From: an uncultured virus (IMG/VR IMGVR_UViG_3300037313_000338)
Lineage: Duplodnaviria > Heunggongvirae > Uroviricota > Caudoviricetes
DNA: 64,000 nt
Reading direction: 5' to 3' (one strand)
IMG/VR virus record: IMGVR_UViG_3300037313_000338
Position numbers and translations under genes: made by a program. Positions within the stretch are counted from its first letter, which is position 1, and the number at the start of each line of letters is the position of its first letter. Under the pieces are notes generated by a model. The model was given only the letters and a program-made list of their open reading frames with translations, was not told where the DNA came from and did not search any database. Below are positions 1 to 9,128 of this stretch, one piece after another.

Positions 1-2
1 GC

Positions 3-566
3 GTGCCGGATCGAAAGATGCTTGAGTACGCAGATTCAGTCGTGACACGTGAAGCCGACCGAGACTACGTTATTAAAGACCGCGATACAGATCGTCTAAA
101 CATCGTCATGGCTTGGGAGCTTGATCTGGGCCGCTATAGGAAAACGTCCAACCGTTGGTCTTATTATCATCGGGCGCGCAAGTACGCACGTAAGGCTTCT
201 CGTTACGGGAAACGTCAAGCGCGGGTTGAATTGAATAGCTACTTGGCATTTCAGGGAAACCACGACGATCTTGTAGCTAAGAAAAGTTACATGGCGTATG
301 CCAGAAAATACTCTGACATGTATCAGTTCGGGAGAACTCCAGGTTTCAATTTCGATCATGTTATTAGTGGACATGCGGCTCACTACGATGTGCATACAGA
401 AACGATGCGAGCTTGGCGTCCGCCTAGCGATCCAACCAATCGTGCTTTACGAGAACCGGGCAAGGTCGAAATCGTCCACATTATTAAGGATGAGGGTCAC
501 GTCCTAACGAAGCTGCAAAACAAGCTGTATCTCGGTGTGACGGAACCGCACAAATTTGAGGAATAA
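3..566 (+). CDS. hypothetical protein (probably 5'-truncated by window edge)
   Basis: Open frame from the window start; stops 2 nt before the rtcB ATG. Confidence 0.6.
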   Translation: MPDRKMLEYADSVVTREADRDYVIKDRDTDRLNIVMAWELDLGRYRKTSNRWSYYHRARKYARKASRYGKRQARVELNSYLAFQGNHDDLVAKKSYMAYARKYSDMYQFGRTPGFNFDHVISGHAAHYDVHTETMRAWRPPSDPTNRALREPGKVEIVHIIKDEGHVLTKLQNKLYLGVTEPHKFEE

Positions 567-568
567 CT

Positions 569-1801
569 ATGCAAGTCATGCAAGGTGATCGCGGCGGCCT
601 GATCAAGGCTTGGGTCGATGGTGTGCAAGTAGAAGATTCTGCGCGAACACAGCTTAATAATCTAGCGGCTATGCCATTCATCCACAAACACGTCGCTGTC
701 ATGCCTGACGTGCATTGGGGAATTGGCGCGACGGTTGGTTCGGTGATCGCGACCAAGGAAGCGGTTATTCCGGCGGCAGTAGGCGTAGACATTGGCTGCG
801 GCATGATTGCACAGCGCACTACGCTTACCGCTAGTGATTTGCCTGACAACCTGTTCGGATTGCGCACTGCTATTGAGCAACGTATCCCGCATGGGCGCAC
901 TAATAACGGTGGACCCGGAGATCGTGGCGCTTGGGGTGCGACGCCTGAAACGCATCTTAAAGTGTATATAACTCTGTACAAGGATTTGGAGCGCATTGTT
1001 AGTCGCGCGGAAGATTCTAAGCTAGAACGTGCTTTCAATAAGTCGCCTAGTCACATCGGCACTTTGGGTACTGGTAATCACTTCGTCGAAGTGTGCTTGG
1101 ATGAAGAAGACCGCGTGTGGATCATGCTGCATTCCGGGTCGCGTGGCATCGGTAACGCAATCGGCACGCATTTTATTGAGCGAGCTAAATCTGAAATGCG
1201 GCGTTGGTACATTAATTTGCCTGACGCCGACCTTGCTTATCTACCTGAAGGTACCGAAGGTTTCGACGCTTATATAGAGGCGGTGGATTGGGCGCAGAGT
1301 TTTGCTCGTAATAACCGCAATTTGATGATGCAAGCTGCGCTTGAAGCCTTGAGCATCACTGTGCCTAAGGCATTCACCTGTGAATGCGAGGCTGTTAACT
1401 GCCATCACAACTACGTGACACGCGAACATCATTTCGGTGCAAATGTTCTAGTAACTCGCAAAGGTGCTGTGAGGATCACTCCGGAGTCGATGGGTATTAT
1501 TCCCGGTTCGATGGGTGCGAAAAGCTTCATCGTGCGCGGCAAACGCAGTGAAGCGCTAGCAGAGTCATTCTGTTCATGCTCGCATGGTGCTGGGCGAGCG
1601 ATGAGCCGTAAAGAAGCTAAGCGTCGTTTCACGTTAGAAGACCACGTGGCTGCGACGGAAGGCGTGGAATGTCGCAAAGACGCAGAAGTTATTGACGAAA
1701 CCCCGATGGCTTACAAGAGCATCGACGCGGTAATGGCGGCACAAGCTGATCACGTTGATATCGTGCATACCTTGAGGCAAGTTGTTTGCGTGAAAGGCTA
1801 G
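569..1801 (+). CDS. rtcB: RtcB family RNA 3'-phosphate/5'-OH ligase
   Basis: Motifs MPDVH.GIG, VGVDIGCG, GTLG.GNHF.E, LHSGSRG.G, HHNY, IPGSMG, SHGAGR, DE.PMAYK and C-terminal VCVKG. Confidence 0.96.
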   Translation: MQVMQGDRGGLIKAWVDGVQVEDSARTQLNNLAAMPFIHKHVAVMPDVHWGIGATVGSVIATKEAVIPAAVGVDIGCGMIAQRTTLTASDLPDNLFGLRTAIEQRIPHGRTNNGGPGDRGAWGATPETHLKVYITLYKDLERIVSRAEDSKLERAFNKSPSHIGTLGTGNHFVEVCLDEEDRVWIMLHSGSRGIGNAIGTHFIERAKSEMRRWYINLPDADLAYLPEGTEGFDAYIEAVDWAQSFARNNRNLMMQAALEALSITVPKAFTCECEAVNCHHNYVTREHHFGANVLVTRKGAVRITPESMGIIPGSMGAKSFIVRGKRSEALAESFCSCSHGAGRAMSRKEAKRRFTLEDHVAATEGVECRKDAEVIDETPMAYKSIDAVMAAQADHVDIVHTLRQVVCVKG

Positions 1802-1803
1802 TA

Positions 1804-2352
1804 ATGCCAAGCTTACGGGAATTGATTAATAAAAAGCGTATCGCAGAACACGAAAAACTTGAAAAACCTGCCACGATCCGGTTTTTGCACGATGAAGGAC
1901 TCAGTCCGAGTTATTTCTTTGTGAGACATGATCACACAGGATTTGCTAGGCATCAGGCAGAACTAGCCGACGAGTGGATCAGGAACCATGAGGCTGAAGG
2001 TTTAATAATTGAACCGGAGCCGTATACCAAAGAGCCGCCACCAACTCCACCGGGCGCGCGTGAACTGCGTCCCTTACAGCGTTATTATCTTCACGCGATG
2101 AGAGGCAAAAGCGGTTGGGTAAAACCTCCGAAACGTCCAACCAAAGCGGAAGGGCGCAAAGGCACGAAGCGCGATTGGAAACGTATTAACCCGCCACGGT
2201 TTACATTCATCGCCACAACAGGCCGCGTCGAGACAGTAGCCATAGGGGCTCACGCCATGTCGGTGTTATTGGAAATGGTGCGTAGACGAGAATATTTGGC
2301 AGTCAGAAAACGACGCCGTAAGATTCGTTCTCGCAAGACAAGGAAAATATAA
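1804..2352 (+). CDS. hypothetical basic protein
   Basis: ORF packed between rtcB and the next gene, with stop/start overlap at 2352. Confidence 0.6.
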   Translation: MPSLRELINKKRIAEHEKLEKPATIRFLHDEGLSPSYFFVRHDHTGFARHQAELADEWIRNHEAEGLIIEPEPYTKEPPPTPPGARELRPLQRYYLHAMRGKSGWVKPPKRPTKAEGRKGTKRDWKRINPPRFTFIATTGRVETVAIGAHAMSVLLEMVRRREYLAVRKRRRKIRSRKTRKI

Positions 2353-2573
2353 TGGTTCTAATCTTCGGTAAGTTAATGGCGATTGTCATCGTCGTTCTCG
2401 TCGCAGTTGGCCTGTTAGTAACGTATACACAAACCATGACGACCGGAAACTACATCGTAAACGCGGGCATCATCCAAGGTGGTCTCGTCGCGATTATCCC
2501 GCCAGTGCTCATCATTGGCGGATCGGTCGTCCTGATTTGGGGCATCATCAAGTCTTTCAAGAAGCGGGGTTAA
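2352..2573 (+). CDS. small two-TM membrane protein
   Basis: Two hydrophobic stretches and a basic C-terminus; sits directly before the lipoprotein gene. Confidence 0.7.
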   Translation: MVLIFGKLMAIVIVVLVAVGLLVTYTQTMTTGNYIVNAGIIQGGLVAIIPPVLIIGGSVVLIWGIIKSFKKRG

Positions 2574-2577
2574 TAAC

Positions 2578-3294
2578 TTGAACAAGCGTACACTCACTCT
2601 CGCGGTCGCTGCACTGATCGCGTCCACCGGGCTTACGTCATGCCAACGAGCCATGGCAAACAAGCAAACCATGGCTACTAATAACTGCGGACAAACCTAC
2701 CGGTTGATTCCGGCAGGACAAGCTGTTCCGGTAACGACGGGTAATCCTTGCGCCTGGAATACGGCGCTACCGAATTACCCCATGCCGGGCGACACGGCAT
2801 TCCGCACTACGTTCTCTAATAACGTAATCGCGAACGTGAAGTTCGCATACGACTACACGATCTACGATGCGCAGAAGTTCATTGGATCGGCCCGTTATCT
2901 CGGCAAGCCCAACGCCGACGCTGACAGCGATGACAAGAACACGACGGCGTACGAAATGGCCGAAAACGTCGTGATCGACAAACGCCTTCGCGATGTTACT
3001 AACGATATCCTCGTCCAACAAGATATCGTCGGTTTCGACCAAGCGCAGATTGAGACGCAGGTTCTCGAAAAGATCAATGCGGCTTTGTCAGACAAAGGCA
3101 TTAAAATCGGCACGCTGGCGTTTACTATCACGCCCGAACAACACACTCGCGAAGCAATCGATATTGCGACGGCGATGCGCGTTTATGCAGCAGCGGGTTT
3201 GCTGGACGAAGGCAAAAGGATTGTCGAAGCTCGGGCCGGTGCGCCTATTATTAGCACCACGGTTTCGCCGCAAGTCGTGACCCGCGAGGACTAA
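2578..3294 (+). CDS. lipoprotein, probable SPFH/band-7 family
   Basis: Signal peptide with lipobox-like GLTSC; SPFH-like C-terminal half (LRDVTN...IETQVLEKINAALSDKGIKI..LAF...AIDIA). Confidence 0.55.
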   Translation: MNKRTLTLAVAALIASTGLTSCQRAMANKQTMATNNCGQTYRLIPAGQAVPVTTGNPCAWNTALPNYPMPGDTAFRTTFSNNVIANVKFAYDYTIYDAQKFIGSARYLGKPNADADSDDKNTTAYEMAENVVIDKRLRDVTNDILVQQDIVGFDQAQIETQVLEKINAALSDKGIKIGTLAFTITPEQHTREAIDIATAMRVYAAAGLLDEGKRIVEARAGAPIISTTVSPQVVTRED

Positions 3295-3359
3295 CGGTGT
3301 AGGTTGACACTTCACTTCACCCTGTGGCATAATTTGATGGGGTGAAGTGGAGAGTTAAC

Positions 3360-3608
3360 ATGCCCAATCTGCACCAACAATTCTGGACAGCCGAAGACGG
3401 ACGCCACGGTGTCAAGGTTGACGAGCAATCCTACAAAGACTTCGACGGAAACGAAGCCTATTTAGTATATGGATACGCGGGGTATCTCACCGGCACGGTC
3501 TATAAGAAGTGGGGTTTGTGGTGCGCTACTCTTGGTGACGGAGACGTTTACTATTACATCACGCGAGACGAAGCCGTGTATCGCCTGACCGATTTGGGTG
3601 ACTTGTAA
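3360..3608 (+). CDS. hypothetical protein
   Basis: ATG after GGAG, downstream of a TTGACA...CATAAT promoter at ~3304-3333. Confidence 0.6.
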   Translation: MPNLHQQFWTAEDGRHGVKVDEQSYKDFDGNEAYLVYGYAGYLTGTVYKKWGLWCATLGDGDVYYYITRDEAVYRLTDLGDL

Positions 3609-3847
3609 TGACTAAGCGTAACGTTCATATCGAACCGGAAGACAGGGTTCATGTGTTCGATGCTAAGAACCCGCTTGGTACGGCAGACGATCTGATAGAC
3701 GAATTAGTAAATACCTTTGACGGCATGCGGCTGACCGGGTGCAAGGTGCTGAACACTAGCGTCGGTTCTCGGTTTGAAGCTCGCGTTCGTGAATTGCAAC
3801 GCCTACGTCGTGAACAGGAAGCTAATAATGATCGAGAAGGTCCCTGA
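3608..3847 (+). CDS. hypothetical protein
   Basis: TAATG stop/start coupling with the upstream ORF. Confidence 0.6.
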   Translation: MTKRNVHIEPEDRVHVFDAKNPLGTADDLIDELVNTFDGMRLTGCKVLNTSVGSRFEARVRELQRLRREQEANNDREGP

Positions 3848-4013
3848 ATTTTTGAAAAATCATGTTGAGGCAGACGGGAGCGGCATAGAGCACTTGAATC
3901 CGTGGATTAATTATTACACGGGTTCCAATGAGATTAGTCTCGACGGTAGATTCACGGTCGATCAGTTACGCGCTATGGTGGATATGATCGACGCCAATAA
4001 AAATAAAACCTAA
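3828..4013 (+). CDS. hypothetical protein
   Basis: ATG after AGGA; overlaps the end of the upstream ORF. Confidence 0.55.
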   Translation: MIEKVPEFLKNHVEADGSGIEHLNPWINYYTGSNEISLDGRFTVDQLRAMVDMIDANKNKT

Positions 4014-4067
4014 CTGTATCGGTTGGGCTACGTTCTCGCGTAGCACATCCCATACCGCTAGGTGAAT

Positions 4068-4097
4068 TTGACACCTCGTGTTCGATTCGCGTATGCT
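4068..4097 (+). promoter_or_regulatory. sigma70-type promoter for tRNA cluster
   Basis: TTGACA-N18-TATGCT with CGATTCG in the spacer, 10 nt upstream of tRNA-Ala. Confidence 0.7.
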
Positions 4098-4106
4098 TAT
4101 GGCTTC

Positions 4107-4182
4107 GGGGTCTTAGCTCAGTTGGTAGAGCGGTAGCTTTGCAAGCTATAGGTCGCCGGTTCGATTCCGGCAGACTCCACCA
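4107..4182 (+). tRNA. tRNA-Ala(TGC)
   Basis: 76-nt cloverleaf: acceptor GGGGTCT/AGACTCC with G3.U70, anticodon loop TTTGCAA, GGTTCGATTCC T-arm, encoded CCA. Confidence 0.96.
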
Positions 4183-4237
4183 TTTTCAATTAATAGGAGG
4201 CGACCATGAATAGTGTATCCTAACAGGAGAACACATC

Positions 4238-4420
4238 ATGGAAGACGACTACGAGAACAATCGCTTGGACCGCAAAGTGAGCATGGTGGGTTGGTTGTGG
4301 CGTAATAACAAAGCCACTTGCCGTCCCGCGTGTTCCTGCTGCGGAGGTTCACAGGGTATCCGTCGCGCTTGGCGACACCCGAACAACTCCAAACCCAAGC
4401 GCAAGGATCACAGGAGGTAG
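4238..4420 (+). CDS. small Cys-containing basic protein
   Basis: AGGAG RBS; CxxxCSCC motif. Confidence 0.55.
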   Translation: MEDDYENNRLDRKVSMVGWLWRNNKATCRPACSCCGGSQGIRRAWRHPNNSKPKRKDHRR

Positions 4421-4608
4421 TTAATGAAGACGATCCTTCTGCGTTTCGATTTGCTCCCCAAGCCACCAAAGAAGCAACCCAAACGCACTAAACAAGCGCG
4501 TAAAAAGTTGATGGCTAAAAAGAAGCAGCAAGATCGGGCTTCGGCCTGATACCACACCGGGAATAATCTCGGTGTTCACTTTAGCCCTTTTTGAGAAAGG
4601 CAATTACT

Positions 4609-4821
4609 ATGCTTAACATTAACCCCGGTGCGGAATATTCGTTTGACTACGTTGGTCAGGACGGTGAGAAGACGTCTCGTACGATCCTCTTTACTGGTCT
4701 TGTGGCTAACGCGGCTAAGGGTAATGTCTACCTTCGTGGGTACGACACGTCCAAGAAAGAATACCGCACGTTCAACGTGGCAAATGTTGATCTAGTATCC
4801 CTTAAGCACGTTCGCGGCTAA
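4609..4821 (+). CDS. stand-alone WYL-domain protein
   Basis: FDYVGQDGEKTSRTI...VYLRGYDTSKKEYRTFNVANV matches the WYL pattern (FxY...G..T.R...YL.GYD...E.RTF). Confidence 0.75.
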   Translation: MLNINPGAEYSFDYVGQDGEKTSRTILFTGLVANAAKGNVYLRGYDTSKKEYRTFNVANVDLVSLKHVRG

Positions 4822-4901
4822 GGGTTGAACGACCGAACCTGTGACGTTTGCGCGTCACAGGTTCGGTTAATACGTATTCGTCATTGTTATAGAGGTGAGG
4901 A

Positions 4902-5210
4902 ATGGTTCCCAACTATTATCTGACCAGCCAAAGCTATGACGAATCGAAGCTGGGAAAATTTCCACACGATCCTAACCGGACGTGGAATCCAGGTAAGATG
5001 GAATGCGTGTGGATCACATCGCCATCACCGGATGATGTTACTCATCCGGAACGCCTAGGGAATTATTTAGGCGTGTTCGACACACGTCATGGTGTTAATA
5101 TCTTCGGCAAAGGTGATGTTTTAGTCGATGCCATTTGGCCTGACGACGGCGATCACTTAGGCTTAGGTCGTAGTGCAAATGGTATAGGGGTGTATAGCGC
5201 AGTTTGGTAG
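4902..5210 (+). CDS. hypothetical protein, 3' end runs into degenerate tRNA-Pro
   Basis: GAGG RBS; the stop codon lies in the D-loop of the pseudo-tRNA. Confidence 0.55.
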   Translation: MVPNYYLTSQSYDESKLGKFPHDPNRTWNPGKMECVWITSPSPDDVTHPERLGNYLGVFDTRHGVNIFGKGDVLVDAIWPDDGDHLGLGRSANGIGVYSAVW

Positions 5211-5263
5211 CGCATCATTTGGAAACAGAGGGTGGCAGGTTCAAAATCCTGCCACCCCGACCA
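5186..5263 (+). pseudogene. degenerate tRNA-Pro(TGG)-like gene
   Basis: Pro-like D-arm (GCGCAGTTTGGTAGCGC), T-arm and CACCCCGACCA 3' end are present. The anticodon stem does not pair, there are 2 extra nt after the acceptor 5' strand, and the T-loop has an extra A. Confidence 0.7.
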
Positions 5264-5278
5264 TTATTAGAGATTCGT

Positions 5279-5353
5279 TGGAGTGTAGCTCAACGGTAGA
5301 GCATCCGGCTGTTAATCGGAGGGTTGTTGGTTCGAGTCCAACCACTCCAGCCA
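5279..5353 (+). tRNA. tRNA-Asn(GTT)
   Basis: 75-nt cloverleaf: TGGAGTG/CACTCCA acceptor, TCCGG-CTGTTAA-TCGGA anticodon arm, G discriminator, CCA. Confidence 0.96.
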
Positions 5354-5373
5354 ATCTCTAAGGGGATTAATAA

Positions 5374-5550
5374 ATGTTTGCTCGGCATTGTGATACGTGT
5401 GGACGTTACGATTGCGCTGAGTATTTATGCGGCACAGAATTTGATGTACCGGACTACATACGCAGCGCGCCTGACTATGGCGGACCTACGTATGAAGAAT
5501 CGGTCGCGGCTTATAATCAACAACGTGAAGACCGTAGCGCGAAAGCGTGA
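5374..5550 (+). CDS. small Cys-rich protein (58 aa, not in ORF track)
   Basis: AAGGGGA RBS then MFARHCDTCGRYDCAEYLC...DRSAKA*; a better start than the track ORF that begins inside the tRNA. Confidence 0.6.
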   Translation: MFARHCDTCGRYDCAEYLCGTEFDVPDYIRSAPDYGGPTYEESVAAYNQQREDRSAKA

Positions 5551-5595
5551 GAGGGACCATCCGGCACCCACTTATCTTACTAATAAAGGTGAGTG

Positions 5596-5847
5596 ATGCC
5601 TAAGAAGAAAGTCCCTGGTGGGTTAGACAAATTTCGTGCACATAGCTGGTCTGGCGCTGCGGATGGAAATCCAACAGAGCGACAACCACATATGTTCTAT
5701 CGTTGCGGCGATGTAGACACATTAATAGACGGCATAGTCGCACAGCACACGAAAACCCTACAGACGATGGAAACACGCTTCGCGTTCGAGCGCCGGAAAT
5801 GGCAGGCTCTAGAAGCGTTTTATCTGCAAGAATTAGGATTGAATTAA
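5596..5847 (+). CDS. hypothetical protein
   Basis: AAGGTG RBS; TAATG coupling to the next ORF. Confidence 0.55.
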   Translation: MPKKKVPGGLDKFRAHSWSGAADGNPTERQPHMFYRCGDVDTLIDGIVAQHTKTLQTMETRFAFERRKWQALEAFYLQELGLN

Positions 5848-6068
5848 TGGGTGAATTTGTCGAAGCTATTAAATGCACTGACGATAGGTGTCAGAAATGG
5901 TTTAAGATGCCTAGCGACGAAGACCAGGTGGAAGTAGGCTGCGATGATTGTGGTTCGCATCCTGCCGCTAGATGCCCGCATTGCGAAGAGGACGTCGATT
6001 TGGTTTTCAATGAACCAGAATTAATGGACGAAGAAACGTTGCCGCCAGTAGCGTTAACCGCAGACTAG
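5847..6068 (+). CDS. small zinc-ribbon protein
   Basis: CxxxxC, CxxC and CxxC pairs; acidic. Confidence 0.6.
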   Translation: MGEFVEAIKCTDDRCQKWFKMPSDEDQVEVGCDDCGSHPAARCPHCEEDVDLVFNEPELMDEETLPPVALTAD

Positions 6069-6170
6069 ATTTTCCTCGTTCCTATGGTCGCCAAGCGTCC
6101 GTAGGGTTGCTAAAACCGAGTGAGGGGTGAGAGCAAGTGAGACCCCAACGTGTCTTGTCATTAACTTAGT

Positions 6171-6401
6171 TTGGAGACTATAGTGGCGCTACGGGACGTA
6201 CTAATTACGAAAGCTGAATCGATCAAGCTTTCGGTCGCTGAAGTCGAAACCGCGTTGGACGTCGGTGATATCGTTACGGCTAGGACGGCTTTCGCGCGGC
6301 TTCACGCGAAGCTGAATGGTCTGGCGCATCGCGCGGCTGATCACTTCGGCGGCGATGTGCAAACTTTCTCTGGCGGCACTGATAAGCCTGAAGAAGACTA
6401 G
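6171..6401 (+). CDS. small helical protein with SGGTDKP C-terminal motif
   Basis: ORF ends 9 nt before the membrane protein gene; start uncertain (TTG 6171 or GTG 6183). Confidence 0.6.
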   Translation: METIVALRDVLITKAESIKLSVAEVETALDVGDIVTARTAFARLHAKLNGLAHRAADHFGGDVQTFSGGTDKPEED

Positions 6402-6410
6402 GGGATTAAT

Positions 6411-6824
6411 ATGGGGTTGGCCGCGATAAGTTATGGGGCGCTAACTTTGGTTGCCGCGACGATTGCTTATCGCGGCCCAACTTCAGCGGCGAAAGTCGTA
6501 GCGTCATTTGTGCTCGCCTCTTGGGTGTTGTGCAATTGGGCGTTTAATATGCTTAACGAAGAGTGGGCGACTATCGCGTTTGCGAGTGTGGATTATGTAG
6601 GCTCATCGTTAGGTATCCTACTAATGCTGATGCGTCCGCAACGATGGCGATTGTTGTTCACAGCTTGCGTTGTTTTGCAGAGCATTATGCATACGGCGTT
6701 TTACGGGCAAGCCCACCACTATTGGTACATCGTCACACTGAACGGTTTACTAATTCCGCAACTCATTGCGATTACGATACCGTTTTGGACAGAAGTACGA
6801 TGCAGGAAATTCGCGCTGGTTTGA
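6411..6824 (+). CDS. multi-pass membrane protein
   Basis: Four to five hydrophobic segments; AGGGG RBS. Confidence 0.7.
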   Translation: MGLAAISYGALTLVAATIAYRGPTSAAKVVASFVLASWVLCNWAFNMLNEEWATIAFASVDYVGSSLGILLMLMRPQRWRLLFTACVVLQSIMHTAFYGQAHHYWYIVTLNGLLIPQLIAITIPFWTEVRCRKFALV

Positions 6825-6873
6825 CACGGACCCGCAAGGGCGAGTAGCATACTCCCACAGATTGGGAGGCTCT

Positions 6874-7023
6874 ATGGAACAAATCGTTGCCAATTTAGGC
6901 GAATTAGTAACTCGTGTGCTTAAACTTCTCGTTCGTGGTCGACTTAACGCGGACCAACGTGCGGATATTGCTTCCAACCTTCGGCGTCTCGCCGACAAGT
7001 TTGAGCAGGTTGAAGACTACTAA
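6874..7023 (+). CDS. small hypothetical protein
   Basis: GGAGG RBS before ATG; MEQIVANLGEL...EDY*. Confidence 0.6.
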   Translation: MEQIVANLGELVTRVLKLLVRGRLNADQRADIASNLRRLADKFEQVEDY

Positions 7024-7055
7024 GATTGCGACCGACGGACAAGGCTTTGGCCCGA

Positions 7056-7326
7056 GAATTAGTAAGAGTCACAGTTGGCGAGCCCGCACCTATGATGCGG
7101 TGAGTGGACCCGACGCCGACACAAGCTTGCTAGTTCGTTAAATAGGGATGGGTAGCGCGTGGTCGAGTTCGCATAATGGAAGGCGGTCTGTGGAAACATG
7201 GATCGCCTTCTTATTAATCAATTTTCGAAACTAGGTTCACAGCGCATCGGAACACTGCGTTGTTTCTCGGAGCGGCGCGTTCCCGTCGTATATTCCCTAT
7301 GGGTAGTCTGAGAGTGTGAGCCTAGT
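7056..7326 (+). ncRNA. cluster of three structured RNA-like domains
   Basis: Closing stems GAATTAGTAAG/CTTGCTAGTTC (7056-7136), GAAGGCGGTCTGTG-GAAA-CATGGATCGCCTTC (7179-7210) and ACTAGGTTCAC/GTGAGCCTAGT (7230-7326); no credible ORF. Confidence 0.45.
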
Positions 7327-7356
7327 CCCGCAAGTGGATTAATAACGGAGTGAGCT

Positions 7357-7650
7357 ATGGTGGACAGGCCAGAACTAATTCCTCATCGCAGGTTGAATTT
7401 GGCAGAGGCGCGTCGTCTGTTGGAAATGTACGACGACAACGTGCCTAACGCTCAAGCCGATCCGCAGAAGGAAACTCGCGACAAGCTTGAGTGGGCTATT
7501 AATAACGCGGAAAAGCTAAACGTGTTGTTTCGCGGGGCGCTGGACAAACAGTCCATAAACGACGTTGAGCATTACATGATTTTGTTAGGAATGCGGTTCC
7601 CGCCTAACGAAGACCCGTTCAAGGCGACCAAAACCAGCACTTTGCACTGA
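7357..7650 (+). CDS. hypothetical protein
   Basis: GGAG RBS and ATG. Confidence 0.6.
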   Translation: MVDRPELIPHRRLNLAEARRLLEMYDDNVPNAQADPQKETRDKLEWAINNAEKLNVLFRGALDKQSINDVEHYMILLGMRFPPNEDPFKATKTSTLH

Positions 7651-7663
7651 ATTTCGGGCGGAT

Positions 7664-7693
7664 TTGACACGACTTTAGGGCGTGTGATATACT
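7664..7693 (+). promoter_or_regulatory. strong sigma70-type promoter driving ncRNA array
   Basis: TTGACA-N18-TATACT, with TG one nt before the -10 (extended -10). Confidence 0.75.
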
Positions 7694-9065
7694 TGGGGCT
7701 CCACACGACTAGCAGCTTTTGTAAGAGAGCCGTGAGCGCACGTTCTGCGGGGTTATCCCGAGGCGTGATGGAGCTAGTCAATCGTGTGACGCGGACAACA
7801 ATTACCTGTATCGGGCATAGCCGCTGTTGCCATTAGGCTTGAGGATAAGGCCTCAAGTGTCTAGCGGACACGTCACACAACGGTGGGGAGACGACTACGC
7901 AGTTACTCGACATTCCTGCGCCCCGGTCGTCTCCCCACTGTCTCTCAACCATTCTTTATTTAATAAACTATCTCTTCATAGGAACCCTGGACGCGACCGA
8001 ACACGGTGCTAATCCCACCGCTGGCCTAGCTTTAGTCGGTTACTATCCACGGTTTCTACCAAGAGACAGTCGTCTAGGAGCAATGCCGTCTTTGCGCAGA
8101 GCGGAACGCACGTTGCTGACACTGATACTCTTTGAACCACTTGGGGCCGGGCGCGGCCCCGCCATTCCCGAGAGCTAAGGTCCGTTTTATTAAACACGGT
8201 TGCTGTGGGACCGAGACGTGAGCAAGGTAAGCGGAGGCCTCCGTTTGATCCATGCACGTCCTTTTAGTAACGCCGGTGGGCTCCGGTATACAAATGCCCA
8301 ATTCTCTCAAGGGAAGTTTGGCACGACTACACTGCGGCTTGGCTAGTTCGCAGGAAGAATGGTTAGAAGCCCTTTCCAGTCGGACCGTTGGATCAACGGC
8401 TTAGCGAGACTTCCGCTTGAGAGATTAGTAAGAGTTTTATTGAGCCAAAGTAAACCTGCGCTGCGGAATGGTGGCGCGGGGCTGATTAACAAAGAGCGGA
8501 CAATTAATCCTCGCGATCTGCAATCGTCTGGATTGTCATGGCGGCGACCTAAAATCGCGGCATCCTAGGCATGACATTAACAAAACCGCTGCCCTCATGC
8601 AGGAGGGAGACACGGGGATATGCTGCGGCCCTCGTCTGTGCTTTGGTTCAATCAAACTTTTACTAATATTGAACAGCAGTAGAAGGCATTCGGCCCATCC
8701 GCCAAAGGTAGGGGTTTGTTTTCTTGAAACTGCTCCAAAGTAAATGCTGAAAGTGCCTACGGTACCCAATGGGCGCAGTTAGTGGTTGCTTGGCAGAACT
8801 CATGATTCTGTTTTGAGAGTAGGCTGCTGTTGTTCAATATTAGTAGAGTTCCAGAACGGCGAGTCCATTCGAACGAGCGGCATTTGCGAGATCGAATGTA
8901 CGTGGTAACTATAATGATCGGTGCGGCCCTTACGGCCCCGGCGACGTTGTAGGTCGAATGGGCTTTCCCTTCTGGAAACAGAAAACCAATCTGAGAGCTT
9001 CGTCCAAGCTAGGTAATCGGGCAACCGATTGATAGGGGTATCGAATCCCCTAGTTCTCAGAGAAT

Positions 9066-9128
9066 GGACGTAGAGTGTACGATTAATAACCGTTGCGGAC
9101 CGGGGTGCGATTCCCCGCGGCTCCACCA
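9066..9128 (+). ncRNA. ssrA: two-piece (permuted) tmRNA, acceptor piece
   Basis: T-arm CGGGG-TGCGATT-CCCCG followed by CGGCTCC-ACCA; GACGTAGAGTGTACG pairs with CGTATATGCGTC of the coding piece (P2). Confidence 0.9.

Noticed and set aside
7882..7940. SRP 4.5S RNA
   Set aside because: Long hairpin, but it lacks the conserved domain IV CAGG...GGAA...AGCAG motif.
7946..8364. RNase P RNA (size and closing stem fit)
   Set aside because: The universally conserved GAGGAAAGUCC and matching 3' P4 strand were not found.
8905..8915. GTAACTATAAT resembling the 23S rRNA helix 69 loop or a -10 box
   Set aside because: Only ~10 nt match and the flanking H69 stem is absent; chance cannot be excluded.
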